From Abyssicoccus albus (lineage in GTDB: Bacteria; Bacillota; Bacilli; Staphylococcales; Abyssicoccaceae), in assembly GCF_003815035.1 (NCBI RefSeq), contig NZ_RKRK01000002.1:775956-807955 (forward strand): a DNA stretch of 32,000 bases. The letters are read 5' to 3'. Shown here in pieces: positions 1 to 9,250 of this stretch. The position numbers were made by a program, and so were the translations under genes. Within the stretch, counting starts at the first letter, position 1; every line of letters begins with the position of its first letter. Below the pieces are notes generated by a model, which saw nothing but the letters and a program-made list of their open reading frames with translations, was not told the origin of the DNA and made no database searches.

Positions 1-836
1 TCTCCTAAATGCGAATCATCTTCTTCACCAATTGGCGTTTCTAAAGAGACCGGTTCTTGGGCAATCTTTAAAATCTCACGCACTTTATCAGCTGGGATAT
101 CCATTTCTTCACCAATTTCTTCTGGTAAAGGTTCACGACCTAAGTCTTGCAACAATTGGCGTTGAACACGAATCAATTTATTGATCGTCTCCACCATATG
201 AACTGGGATACGAATTGTTCTCGCTTGGTCTGCAATTGCACGAGTAATTGCTTGACGAATCCACCAAGTCGCATACGTTGAAAACTTGAATCCTTTATTG
301 AAATCAAACTTTTCTACCGCTTTAATTAGACCCATGTTCCCTTCTTGTATTAAATCTAGGAATAGCATACCACGGCCTACATAACGCTTAGCAATACTTA
401 CAACTAATCTTAAGTTGGCTTCAGCAAGACGGTCTTTAGCCATCTTATCTCCTTGTTCGATTCGTTTCGCAAGTTCAATTTCTTCTTGCGCAGTTAATAA
501 ATCGACTCGCCCAATTTCTTTTAAATACATTCTCACCGGGTCATTAATCTTCACACCAGGTGGTGCACTTAAATCATTTAAGTCTAATTTATCATCTGAA
601 TCGTTAGAATCTTTCTCGTTAATGAGTTGAATTTCTTGCGCATTAATTTCATCAAAAAACTCATCCATTTGATCAGCGTCCATTTGGAAATTGGATAATT
701 TATCAGCAATTTCCTCATGGCTTAATTGACCATTTTTCTTCCCTTGTTCAATTAACTGTTGTCTTACTTGTTCAACAGTCAATGTCGGATCAATCGTTTG
801 GGCTTTAATTGTTACTAGCTCGTCTTTTTTAGTCAT
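1..836 (-). CDS. sigA: RNA polymerase primary sigma factor SigA/RpoD (N-terminal part; continues beyond the left window edge)
   Basis: Reverse-strand reading from ATG at 836 gives [28 protein letters not shown]... [39 protein letters not shown]...[76 protein letters not shown], the classic sigma-70 region 1.2/2. RBS GAGGAGA upstream. Confidence 0.97.
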   Translation of the reverse strand, partial: MTKKDELVTIKAQTIDPTLTVEQVRQQLIEQGKKNGQLSHEEIADKLSNFQMDADQMDEFFDEINAQEIQLINEKDSNDSDDKLDLNDLSAPPGVKINDPVRMYLKEIGRVDLLTAQEEIELAKRIEQGDKMAKDRLAEANLRLVVSIAKRYVGRGMLFLDLIQEGNMGLIKAVEKFDFNKGFKFSTYATWWIRQAITRAIADQARTIRIPVHMVETINKLIRVQRQLLQDLGREPLPEEIGEEMDIPADKVREILKIAQEPVSLETPIGEEDDSHLG

Positions 837-944
837 AAATATCTCCTCTCGCACAAATGCTACTCATTGTTAGTATACTAGAATCTCACATGAATATATA
901 CATCAAACATGAATTATTTATATTACTAGTTCATTTGTCTTCTT

Positions 945-2783
945 TTACTCTTTTAACTGTTTCTGAATATCAATCATCTTTTGAACATATTCACTCACTA
1001 ATTCAATTTCAGAATTATCCAGGTGACTCAACTTTAATTGAAGTGATTTATATTTCTCTTCAAGAATACGTTTATAAACAATGTTATCAATATATTCTTC
1101 AACTTCTTGTAATGATGGCTCATCAGGAATATTCATTTGATCCATCAATAGCAATACATCTGACTTGGTTAATGATTTTCGTTCTTGTGAATAATTGTCA
1201 TCGATATGTTGTAGTTGAGTTAACGTTTCAGATAAATCAAACTGCTTATGATTGTCATATTGACGATTCAAATCATTATAGATATCTTTTGTCGCATATT
1301 CTTTAAAGTGGTCCTCATCAATGTGTTCTCTCACCTGCTCAAATATATTTAAATGATTCGTCAAATATTTCAATAACATCAATTCACTTCTAGCATAAGG
1401 ATTCTGTTTTAAATAACGATTTAACTCATGTTCTACAGATTGCTCTACAGGGACATTATAATATTCTTGTTCATTATTAGATTGGTGAAACACAGGTAAT
1501 GATTGCGTAATGGTCTGAACATCAATCTGAAATACAGAGGATACATGTTTTATTACTTTTTCCCGTAATACACTACTTTTAATCATCGGAATTTCACTTG
1601 TGATTTCATTGTAAATTCTCTCGAACTGAACATCATTATCATGAATTTCCTGTTCATAATCATTCACTTTTTGAATAAGATAATGTGTTTTATGATGCTT
1701 AATAAATGAATTAAATGCCTCTACACCTTTAGATTCAATAAATTCATCTGGGTCTAATCCATCTTTCAATCGAATAATATATGGATTTAATTGTTCACTC
1801 ATGATGAGCTCGGAACTTTTATAAGATGCTTCAATTCCTGCACGGTCTCCATCATATAACAATGTAATATGATTCGTTAATCGCTTTAATGCATTAATAT
1901 GGTCTTTTGTTAATGCAGTTCCCATTGTGGCAACAACATTTTGAGTTGCTTTATTAATTTTAATGACATCCATAAAGCCTTCTGCCACAATCACTTCATC
2001 TTGATCACGTATTGCTTTTCGTGCGCCATGTAAATTATAAAGCATTTTGCGTTTTTGAAACAGTGGTGTTTCTTTACTGTTTAAGTACTTAGGTTCTTCA
2101 TTAGAGTATGTCCTCCCTGAGAAACCAACTGGTTGGCCTTTATGATTATTCAACGGAAATATGATTCGATTTCTGAAATAATCATAGTATTGATTCGTCT
2201 CTTCGTTTTTACTAATGACACCAGCAAGATATGCCAACTCTTGTTCAAAGTCAGTCTCCTCTTTAATAAATGTCGTCACATAAGACGGATGATTAATGGT
2301 TACACCGATCTTTAATTCCGACAACATTTCATCAGTAAAACCGCGTGAATATAAATATTCAAGAGCAGGTTCAGCTTCTTTCGTATTCATTAAAATAAAG
2401 TGTAAATGATCTCTGACCACTTCATGGAGTTTAATCATCTGAATTTCTTCAGTCGATATGTCAGGTGTATTCGAGGTAATATTGTCAGGTAACTCAATGT
2501 TATATTCTTTCGCAATTTTCATGACGGCTTCAGGAAAGTCAATACCTTCAATTTTTTGAATAAAACTAAAGATGCTTCCCCCATTTTTACACCCAAAACA
2601 ATGACAAAGTTGTTTCTGCTCATTAACCGAAAATGATGGTGTTTTTTCGTCATGAAATGGGCACAACCCTACATAATTATTCCCTCTTTTTTCAAGTTTT
2701 ACATATTGACTCACGACGTCAACGATATTCACTTTACTTTTGATTTCTTCTATTCTATCCTCTGGTATTCTCATGCGCACCAC
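945..2783 (-). CDS. dnaG: DNA primase DnaG (start may be the internal MRIPEDRIEE at about 2774)
   Basis: 612-aa ORF with the CHC2 zinc finger (GLCPFHDEKTPSFSVNEQKQLCHCFGCKNGG) and TOPRIM motifs (EGFMDVIK, LLYDGDRAG); adjacent to sigA as in the conserved macromolecular synthesis operon. Confidence 0.97.
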   Translation of the reverse strand: MVRMRIPEDRIEEIKSKVNIVDVVSQYVKLEKRGNNYVGLCPFHDEKTPSFSVNEQKQLCHCFGCKNGGSIFSFIQKIEGIDFPEAVMKIAKEYNIELPDNITSNTPDISTEEIQMIKLHEVVRDHLHFILMNTKEAEPALEYLYSRGFTDEMLSELKIGVTINHPSYVTTFIKEETDFEQELAYLAGVISKNEETNQYYDYFRNRIIFPLNNHKGQPVGFSGRTYSNEEPKYLNSKETPLFQKRKMLYNLHGARKAIRDQDEVIVAEGFMDVIKINKATQNVVATMGTALTKDHINALKRLTNHITLLYDGDRAGIEASYKSSELIMSEQLNPYIIRLKDGLDPDEFIESKGVEAFNSFIKHHKTHYLIQKVNDYEQEIHDNDVQFERIYNEITSEIPMIKSSVLREKVIKHVSSVFQIDVQTITQSLPVFHQSNNEQEYYNVPVEQSVEHELNRYLKQNPYARSELMLLKYLTNHLNIFEQVREHIDEDHFKEYATKDIYNDLNRQYDNHKQFDLSETLTQLQHIDDNYSQERKSLTKSDVLLLMDQMNIPDEPSLQEVEEYIDNIVYKRILEEKYKSLQLKLSHLDNSEIELVSEYVQKMIDIQKQLKE

Positions 2784-3585
2784 GCTTCTTACGAATTATT
2801 TTAATAATTAAATTTGCAGTCTCTTCAATCGCTCTATGACTTACATCAATCACTTCACATTGAAGACGTTCCACAACACAGTGAAAATGTTCAAGTTCTT
2901 CTTCAATTCTTTCACTCCGTGCATAGGATACATGGTCATCAAGACCAAGCTGTTTTAATCGTTCTTTCCTAATTTCATTTAATTTAACAGAATCTATCTT
3001 CAATGCGATACATTTATTAGGATCTATATTAAATAGTTCTTCAGGAGGATCCACTTCTGGCACAAGCGGTACGTTCATTACTTTATAACTTTTGTGTGCT
3101 AAATATTGACTTAATGGTGTTTTACTCGTTCTTGAAATACCAATCAATACGATATCCGCCTTATCGAGTCCCGTCACATCTCGACCATCATCATATTTGA
3201 CAGCGAATTCAATCGCATCAATTTTTTTGAAATACTCTTCATCCAGTCGATGCACTAAACCAGGTTTTTTCTTCGGAGATTGACCAAGTTTCGTCGATAG
3301 AACATCCAATAATGGATTCATTAAATCAATCGCAACAATCCCTAATTCATCCGCAATCCTTACAACGTGTGATTTAATCTCCGGCACAACAAACGTATAC
3401 ACAATAATTGTATTTTGCACATCTTCAATATCATATAGTACATTTAATTGGTCGGTGGATTTAATGTATGGAATTCGCGTCAATGTTAAAGACTCTTCAT
3501 CAATATTAAATTGTGCAGTACACGCATCAATGACGGATTCAGCCGTTTCGCCAACTGAATCTGATAAGACCATGATTTCAATCAT
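2755..3585 (-). CDS. ppsR: Pyruvate, phosphate dikinase regulatory protein (YqfL/PpsR, DUF299 kinase/phosphorylase)
   Basis: 276-aa ORF with VLSDSVGETAES, DIVLIGISRTSKTPLSQYLA and YKVMNVPLVPEVDPPEELF; overlaps dnaG by about 29 nt. Confidence 0.92.
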   Translation of the reverse strand: MIEIMVLSDSVGETAESVIDACTAQFNIDEESLTLTRIPYIKSTDQLNVLYDIEDVQNTIIVYTFVVPEIKSHVVRIADELGIVAIDLMNPLLDVLSTKLGQSPKKKPGLVHRLDEEYFKKIDAIEFAVKYDDGRDVTGLDKADIVLIGISRTSKTPLSQYLAHKSYKVMNVPLVPEVDPPEELFNIDPNKCIALKIDSVKLNEIRKERLKQLGLDDHVSYARSERIEEELEHFHCVVERLQCEVIDVSHRAIEETANLIIKIIRKKRGAHENTRG

Positions 3586-3765
3586 AATGAACCTCCATTA
3601 AGTAAATTATGTATTTAAAGTGACTTACTACTTTTTACTCCATATACATATATCTATCTATATAGTAAATGATGTTAAACAATAAATATTAAATATAATA
3701 CCTTAATAAAAATTAGAATATAATACGCTCATAATGGATATATCATAACCAACAATGTACTTCTC

Positions 3766-3794
3766 TTGACAATTCAATCAATCTTCAATATATT
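3766..3794 (+). promoter_or_regulatory. Candidate sigma-A promoter for the glyS T-box transcript
   Basis: TTGACA (3766-3771), 17-nt spacer, TATATT (3789-3794). Confidence 0.75.
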
Positions 3795-3800
3795 TTACTT

Positions 3801-3970
3801 AAGATAAATTTAAGCGAGTTAAGGATAGTGAGAGCTTAACACAATAACTTTGGTCAGATTAAATATTTAAAAGTGAGTGGATACACTAAATTGGGTGGAA
3901 CCGCGGGTAAATATAAATTATATCACTCGTCCCAAGACAATGTAAATATCATTGTCTTGGGACTTTATTT
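3801..3970 (+). promoter_or_regulatory. T-box leader riboswitch (glycine-type, inferred from the downstream glyS)
   Basis: Stem I distal signature AGCGAGTTAAGGATAGTGAGAGCTTAAC (about 3813-3840), T-box core GGGTGGAACCGCGGG (3893-3907), then a 14-bp terminator and T-rich run. Appears to lack Stem II elements, as described for glyQS-type T-boxes. Confidence 0.93.
3929..3970 (+). terminator. T-box-controlled intrinsic terminator
   Basis: GTCCCAAGACAATG-TAAATAT-CATTGTCTTGGGAC perfect 14-bp stem (3929-3963) followed by TTTATTT. Confidence 0.93.
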
Positions 3971-4141
3971 ATTTCAACTTTTATAATTTTTATAATTCTT
4001 ATATTTATTTCAACTTTATTATACTGTACTAAAGTTATAAAATGAATGAATTCATTTTTATCTTTAATCCTTAATCTTTAATTTTTATTCTTTAATCTTT
4101 ATTATTAATTCAAAAATACAAACACAAAAGGAGCTAATCAA

Positions 4142-5530
4142 ATGTCTAACAAAATGGAATCAATCGTAAACTTAGCGAAAACAAGAGGATTCGTCTTCCC
4201 AGGTAGTGAAATTTATGGTGGTTTATCAAATACATGGGACTATGGTCCACTGGGGGTTGAATTGAAAAACAACATTAAACAACAATGGTGGAAGTCATTT
4301 ATTCAACAATCTCCATACAATGTTGGATTAGATGCGGCCATCTTAATGAATACGAAAACGTGGGAAGCTAGTGGTCATTTAGGTAATTTCAATGATCCTA
4401 TGATCGATAATAAAGACTCTAAAGTTCGTTACCGCGCAGATAAATTGATTGAAGATTATATGCAAAACGTTGAAGGTGATGAAAACTTTATCGCAGATGG
4501 TATGAGCTTCGATGAAATGGAAAAATTTATCCATGAAAAAGGGATTGTATGTCCTCAAAGTAATACGAGCAATTGGACTGAAGTAAGACAATTCAACTTA
4601 ATGTTCAAGACGTTCCAAGGTGTTACAGAATCATCTACGAATGAAATCTTCTTACGTCCTGAAACAGCACAAGGTATATTCGTCAACTTTAAAAATGTTC
4701 AACGTACAATGCGTAAAAAAGTACCATTTGGTATCGGGCAAATTGGTAAGTCATTCCGTAACGAAATCACACCTGGTAACTTTATTTTCAGAACACGTGA
4801 ATTCGAACAAATGGAACTTGAATTCTTTTGCAAACCAGGAACAGAAGTTGATTGGCAAGTGTATTGGAAAGAATTTGCACACAATTGGTTGAAGGATTTG
4901 AACCTATCAGATGATAACATACGATTAAGAGACCATGATGCAGATGAATTATCACACTACTCTAATGCTACAACGGATATCGAATATAAATTCCCATTTG
5001 GTTGGGGTGAATTATGGGGCATCGCGAGTCGTACTGATTATGACTTGAAGAAGCATATGGATCATTCAAATGACGACTTCATGTACCATGACCAAGCAAA
5101 TAATGAAAAATATATCCCATACACAATCGAACCATCACTCGGTGCTGACCGTGTAACACTTGCATTCTTATGTGATGCATATGATGAAGAAACGTTAGAA
5201 GATGACACGACAAGAACAGTGTTACGCTTCCATCCAAAATTAGCACCTTACAAAGCAGCCATCTTACCTTTATCTAAAAAGTTAAGTGATGATGCGATTA
5301 AAGTATATGAGCAATTATCAAGTGAATTTAACGTAGAATTTGATGAATCTCAGTCGATTGGTAAACGTTATAGAAGACAAGATGAAATCGGAACACCATT
5401 CTGTATTACATTTGACTTCGATTCATTAGAAGACCAACAAGTCACTGTACGTGACCGTGATACAATGGAACAAACACGTATGCCAATTAGCGAATTGAAT
5501 GACTTTTTACGTGAGAAGATTAATCAATAA
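4142..5530 (+). CDS. glyS: Glycine--tRNA ligase (class II, single-chain glyS/glyQS type)
   Basis: 462 aa: [73 protein letters not shown]; RBS AAAGGAG. Confidence 0.97.
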   Translation: MSNKMESIVNLAKTRGFVFPGSEIYGGLSNTWDYGPLGVELKNNIKQQWWKSFIQQSPYNVGLDAAILMNTKTWEASGHLGNFNDPMIDNKDSKVRYRADKLIEDYMQNVEGDENFIADGMSFDEMEKFIHEKGIVCPQSNTSNWTEVRQFNLMFKTFQGVTESSTNEIFLRPETAQGIFVNFKNVQRTMRKKVPFGIGQIGKSFRNEITPGNFIFRTREFEQMELEFFCKPGTEVDWQVYWKEFAHNWLKDLNLSDDNIRLRDHDADELSHYSNATTDIEYKFPFGWGELWGIASRTDYDLKKHMDHSNDDFMYHDQANNEKYIPYTIEPSLGADRVTLAFLCDAYDEETLEDDTTRTVLRFHPKLAPYKAAILPLSKKLSDDAIKVYEQLSSEFNVEFDESQSIGKRYRRQDEIGTPFCITFDFDSLEDQQVTVRDRDTMEQTRMPISELNDFLREKINQ

Positions 5531-5537
5531 ATATTTT

Positions 5538-5577
5538 AAACCATTGCCTATATTTTATATAGGCAATGGTTTTTTTA
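5538..5577 (+). terminator. Intrinsic terminator downstream of glyS
   Basis: AAACCATTGCCTATA-TTTTA-TATAGGCAATGGTTT followed by a T run. Confidence 0.93.
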
Positions 5578-5648
5578 TAAGTTGTCAATATTATTCATCC
5601 AATCTGAACAACGTTTAATCCATAACGTATTAAATTTTTCCTAATCAA

Positions 5649-5867
5649 TTATATACTTTTGTAAATCTTTAATATGTTTAATGTTGTATTAGGTAACCAT
5701 TCCTGATCAAATTTTCTAAGTTCTAACTTTTTTATAATATCTTCAAAATTGTCGTACTTTTTAAAATCAGTGGATGATGGTACAATATTTTCAGAATCAT
5801 CCCAATGGTTCATATATTCAATATACTCTTCTTTATCATCATACGTTATTTCTCTTAAAATTTTCAT
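5649..5867 (-). pseudogene. Truncated N-terminal fragment resembling a GNAT-family acetyltransferase
   Basis: 72-aa ORF MKILREITYDDKEEYIEYMNHWDDSENIVPSSTDFKKYDNFEDIIKKLELRKFDQEWLPNTTL..., resembling the start of YjdJ/GNAT-like proteins; no acetyl-CoA binding core follows. Confidence 0.5.
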
Positions 5868-6034
5868 AAAAAATCTCCTATTATCTAAGTTCTAATCAAT
5901 AACTCAGTACATGTTTAACCTTTATAACAATTTCCAATGAATAAATTTTGATACTTGAGACTAATAGCTACCTAAAATCCCCTTATCAATAGCTTTATTA
6001 ACAAAATAATGAAAGGTATAATATCCTACAGCAA

Positions 6035-6472
6035 AATAGATTAATGAGTTATTTATAACAATTTGCTTTATTTTAGCAGTATCTAAGGTGACAACTTACG
6101 GTGGTTTAAGTAGTGCAATGGGACAAGGTATTTCGAAGTCAGGTTCTATTTTCCCATTGTTATCTCCGATATTAGGGTGGATTAGTGTATTTATGACAGG
6201 CTCTGTTGTGAATAATAATGTTCTCTTTGCACCTATCCAAGCATCCGTTGCGACTCAAATTGATCTTAAAGGTTCTTTATTGGTTGCTGCTAATGTTGCT
6301 GGTGGTGTAACTGCTAAAATTGTATCGCCACAATCTATTGCTATTGCTACCGCAGCAGTTAATGAAGTAGGGAATGAAATCACAATTGATGAAAATGACC
6401 ATGCGTTTTAGTATAGGTCTCCTTATATTTGTGTGTATTTGGCCATTTATTCTTAGCATTTTTATAACTTAA
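6035..6472 (+). pseudogene. L-lactate permease (LctP family) C-terminal remnant, N-terminally deleted and frameshifted
   Basis: GGLSSAMGQGISKSGSIFPLLSPILGWISVFMTGSVVNNNVLFAPIQASVATQI...SPQSIAIATAAVNEVGNE resembles the LctP C-terminal region. Removing one A at about 6376-6379 restores ESQLMKMTMRFSIGLLIFVCIWPFILSIFIT* ending at 6472. Most of the protein is absent upstream. Confidence 0.85.
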
Positions 6473-6606
6473 GGTACTATTAGACAATGATAAATCTAGG
6501 CTTATATTCCATAAAAGAATGATTTATATTGAAACTTAGTATTTTCATTAATTTGATTTTTGTATTATAATGTTTTCTGTATTCAAAATAAGAAAGGGAG
6601 TCAATT

Positions 6607-8106
6607 ATGAATAATAAAGAGTCAAAAACAGTTGTTGTTATTGGCGCTGGTGTTTTAAGTACCACTTTTAGTTCTATGCTTAAAGAATTAGAACCAAATT
6701 GGAAAATAAAACTTTATGAGCGCTTAGACCGACCTGGTATTGAAAGCTCAAATGAGCGTCATAATGCAGGAACAGGTCACGCAGCTTTATGTGAATTAAA
6801 TTATACTGTGAGACAACCTGATGGTTCGATTGATATTGAGAAAGCAAAAGAGATTAATGAGCAATTTGAAATCTCAAAACAATTCTGGAGCTATTTAGTA
6901 AAGAGTAACAATATCTCTAATCCAAAAGAGTTTATTAAACCATTACCTCACATCAGTTTCGTGCGAGGAAAAAATAACGTTCAATTCTTAAAAGACCGTT
7001 ATCATGCTATGAAAGATGCCCCAATGTTTGATAACATTGAATATACCGAAGATATTGAAGAAATGAGAAAATGGATTCCATTAATGATGCAAGGGCATAG
7101 TGCTAGCGACATTATGGCGGCAAGTAAAATTGATGAAGGTACAGATGTCAATTTTGGAGAACTTACTCGTAAAATGGCTAAGAGTATTGAGGAACATCCA
7201 AATGCAAATGTTCAATACAATCATGAAGTCATTGACTTTAATCATCGTAAAGATGGCAAGTGGGAAGTTAAAGTACGTCAACGTAACAGCGCAGATGTTC
7301 AAACAGAGCTTGCAGATTACGTATTTATCGGTGCAGGCGGTGGCGCAATTCCACTATTACAAAAGACAGGCATTCCTGAAAGTAAAAATTTAGGTGGTTT
7401 CCCTATTACAGGACAATTTTTAACTTGTACAAACCCATCTGTAATTGAAAAACATGATGCTAAAGTATACGGTAAAGAACCACCAGGTACACCTCCTATG
7501 ACGGTACCGCACTTGGATACGCGTTACATTGACGGAGAACGTACATTATTGTTCGGACCGTTTGCCAGCATAGGACCTAAGTTCTTGAAAAATGGTTCTA
7601 ATTTAGATTTGTTCAAATCAGTTAAGCCTTACAATATTATGACATTATTAGCTTCAGCAGCTAAGAACTTACCATTAATCAAATATTCATTTGACCAAAT
7701 TTTAATGACTAAAGAAGGTTGTATGAATCATTTACGTACATTCTATCCAGAAGCTCGTGATGAAGATTGGCAATTATACACTGCTGGTAAACGTGTTCAA
7801 GTCATTAAGGATACTCCAGAATACGGAAAAGGATTTATTCAATTCGGTACAGAAGTAGTTAACTCTGAAGATCATTCAGTTATCGCTTTATTAGGTGAAT
7901 CTCCTGGGGCTTCAACTTCAGTATCTGTAGCGTTAGAAGTAATTGAAAAGAATTTCCCAGAATATGAAGAGCAATGGATGCCAATCATTAAAAAAATGAT
8001 TCCATCTTATGGCAAATCATTAATTGAGGATATCGAACTGATGAGAAAAACACGTCAACAAACATCAAAAGACTTAGAATTAAATTATTATACGAGCAGT
8101 AAATAA
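6607..8106 (+). CDS. mqo: Malate:quinone oxidoreductase family protein (staphylococcal Mqo2/Lqo-like, probable L-lactate:quinone oxidoreductase)
   Basis: 499 aa: VVVIGAGVLSTTFSSMLKELEP, YERLDRPGIESSNERHNAGTGHAALCELNYT, KIDEGTDVNFGELTRKM, GAGGGAIPLLQKTGIPESK, GFIQFGTEVVNSEDHSVIALLGESPGASTSVSVAL. Confidence 0.93.
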   Translation: MNNKESKTVVVIGAGVLSTTFSSMLKELEPNWKIKLYERLDRPGIESSNERHNAGTGHAALCELNYTVRQPDGSIDIEKAKEINEQFEISKQFWSYLVKSNNISNPKEFIKPLPHISFVRGKNNVQFLKDRYHAMKDAPMFDNIEYTEDIEEMRKWIPLMMQGHSASDIMAASKIDEGTDVNFGELTRKMAKSIEEHPNANVQYNHEVIDFNHRKDGKWEVKVRQRNSADVQTELADYVFIGAGGGAIPLLQKTGIPESKNLGGFPITGQFLTCTNPSVIEKHDAKVYGKEPPGTPPMTVPHLDTRYIDGERTLLFGPFASIGPKFLKNGSNLDLFKSVKPYNIMTLLASAAKNLPLIKYSFDQILMTKEGCMNHLRTFYPEARDEDWQLYTAGKRVQVIKDTPEYGKGFIQFGTEVVNSEDHSVIALLGESPGASTSVSVALEVIEKNFPEYEEQWMPIIKKMIPSYGKSLIEDIELMRKTRQQTSKDLELNYYTSSK

Positions 8107-8140
8107 TTTATAGCGTAAGTTGAGATATAGGAGGTTTGTA

Positions 8141-8242
8141 ATGAATAAGATATTAACAATTTTAGTAGTTATTACTGTTGCCTTTTTGGGATTAAAACGT
8201 TATCAAGCTCATGTTAATAAGGCGCCTAATATCGAATATTAA
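8141..8242 (+). CDS. Small membrane-associated peptide, 33 aa, downstream of mqo
   Basis: MNKILTILVVITVAFLGLKRYQAHVNKAPNIEY*; RBS AGGAGG starting about 11 nt before the ATG; one hydrophobic segment; 34 nt after the mqo stop. Not in the supplied ORF track. Confidence 0.7.
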   Translation: MNKILTILVVITVAFLGLKRYQAHVNKAPNIEY

Positions 8243-8389
8243 TAAAAACATTTAGTGTATATTGTGTAATAGAGAGTATATCAAGTACAACGAAAATATA
8301 TTATTTTAGCTTAACATTTAGTTTGTGTTGTTCTTATTTGTTATTTTACTCAGTTAACGCAACTAAATTCTATAAAACAGAAGAAAAGA

Positions 8390-8421
8390 CCGAGAAATCC
8401 CTTGGATTTCTCGGCTTTTTT
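8390..8421 (+). terminator. Intrinsic terminator downstream of the mqo/33-aa ORF unit
   Basis: CCGAGAAATCC-CTT-GGATTTCTCGG followed by CTTTTTTTT. Confidence 0.9.
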
Positions 8422-8627
8422 TTATTGAAACAAGTTAATTTGTATATGTATTGAACAGTATAGGCTAATGTGGTTATTTTTTGAATATTTGTATAGATCT
8501 TTTTTTACTATTAGGTATATTTTTGAGAAGGAATATTAAGTTTTATGAAGGATTGAGCCAGTTCTTATTTTATCAGAATTATCAAAAATTCTCTCTTGAA
8601 TTTGATGGTTTGTACTGAAAAAACAAA

Positions 8628-8656
8628 TTGACTTCTATTAAATAACTTTATATAAA
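8628..8656 (+). promoter_or_regulatory. Candidate promoter of the surface-protein pseudogene
   Basis: TTGACT (8628-8633), 17-nt spacer, TATAAA (8651-8656); overlaps a perfect palindrome. Confidence 0.6.
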
Positions 8657-8668
8657 GTTATTTAATAG
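8635..8668. repeat. Perfect 34-nt palindrome
   Basis: CTATTAAATAACTTTATATAAAGTTATTTAATAG is identical to its reverse complement. Confidence 0.9.
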
Positions 8669-8706
8669 ATTAGTAATTAGTATATATTGGGAGTGGTATT
8701 TAAAAA

Positions 8707-9210
8707 ATTAGTGAAAAACTAGATTTTCTACCTAATATTCAGAACAAATATTCAATCAGAAAGTTTACAGTAGGAACAGCGATGGTAAATATGAATTTAC
8801 TGGACTAATAAACGGCGATTATACAGTAATTTTCACAGAACCGGTAGGTTATGAAACGACGGTTGTCAACGTAGGTGACGACGCATTGGATTCAGACAGC
8901 GTCAACAACAGTTACGATTGATAATGCGGACAACTACACAATTGACAGTGACTTCTACAAACCAGTAGTAGAACCAACACCAGCCGAACCAACTACACCA
9001 TCTGTTACTCCAACTCCAAGCGCGGAACAGCCAGCAGTTGAAAAGTAAGAAAAACCTTCTGAAGCAGCTAAAGAGAAGAAAGAAATTTTACCTGACACAG
9101 TTGAAACAGAAAGCACAAATAACGCGCCATTATTCGGTGAATTATTTGCAGCTCTAGGTTCGATCTTGTTATTCGGTAAACGCCGTAAAAACAGCAATGA
9201 TAAGCAATGA
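8707..9210 (+). pseudogene. Decayed LPxTG cell-wall-anchored surface adhesin (Sdr/B-repeat type) with a large internal deletion
   Basis: Frame 1: EKLDFLPNIQNKYSIRKFTVGTA (YSIRK signal). Shifted frame: NSDGKYEFTGLINGDYTVIFTEPVGYETTVVNVGDDALDSDS / [100 protein letters not shown] (B-repeat end, proline-rich stretch, sorting signal). No intact start, frameshifts, in-frame TAA at 9046-9048. Confidence 0.88.
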
Positions 9211-9250
9211 ATTTAATTCATAAAATATGTTGACAATGTAAAATGTTAAC

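Noticed and set aside
857-1306. Listed 149-aa plus-strand ORF
   Set aside because: Lies antisense to dnaG; composition matches a reverse reading of dnaG codons, with no independent RBS or family signature.
4379-4920. Listed ORFs 4379-4591(-), 4620-4892(+) and 4699-4920(-)
   Set aside because: All overlap the well-supported glyS in other frames; no separate coding evidence.
6480-6665. Listed 61-aa minus-strand ORF upstream of mqo
   Set aside because: It overlaps the mqo RBS/start region in antisense and has no RBS or recognisable motif; low-complexity A/T-rich translation.
8955-9197. Listed 80-aa minus-strand ORF ([22 protein letters not shown]...)
   Set aside because: It is the antisense of the proline-rich and LPxTG-anchor region of the plus-strand adhesin relic.
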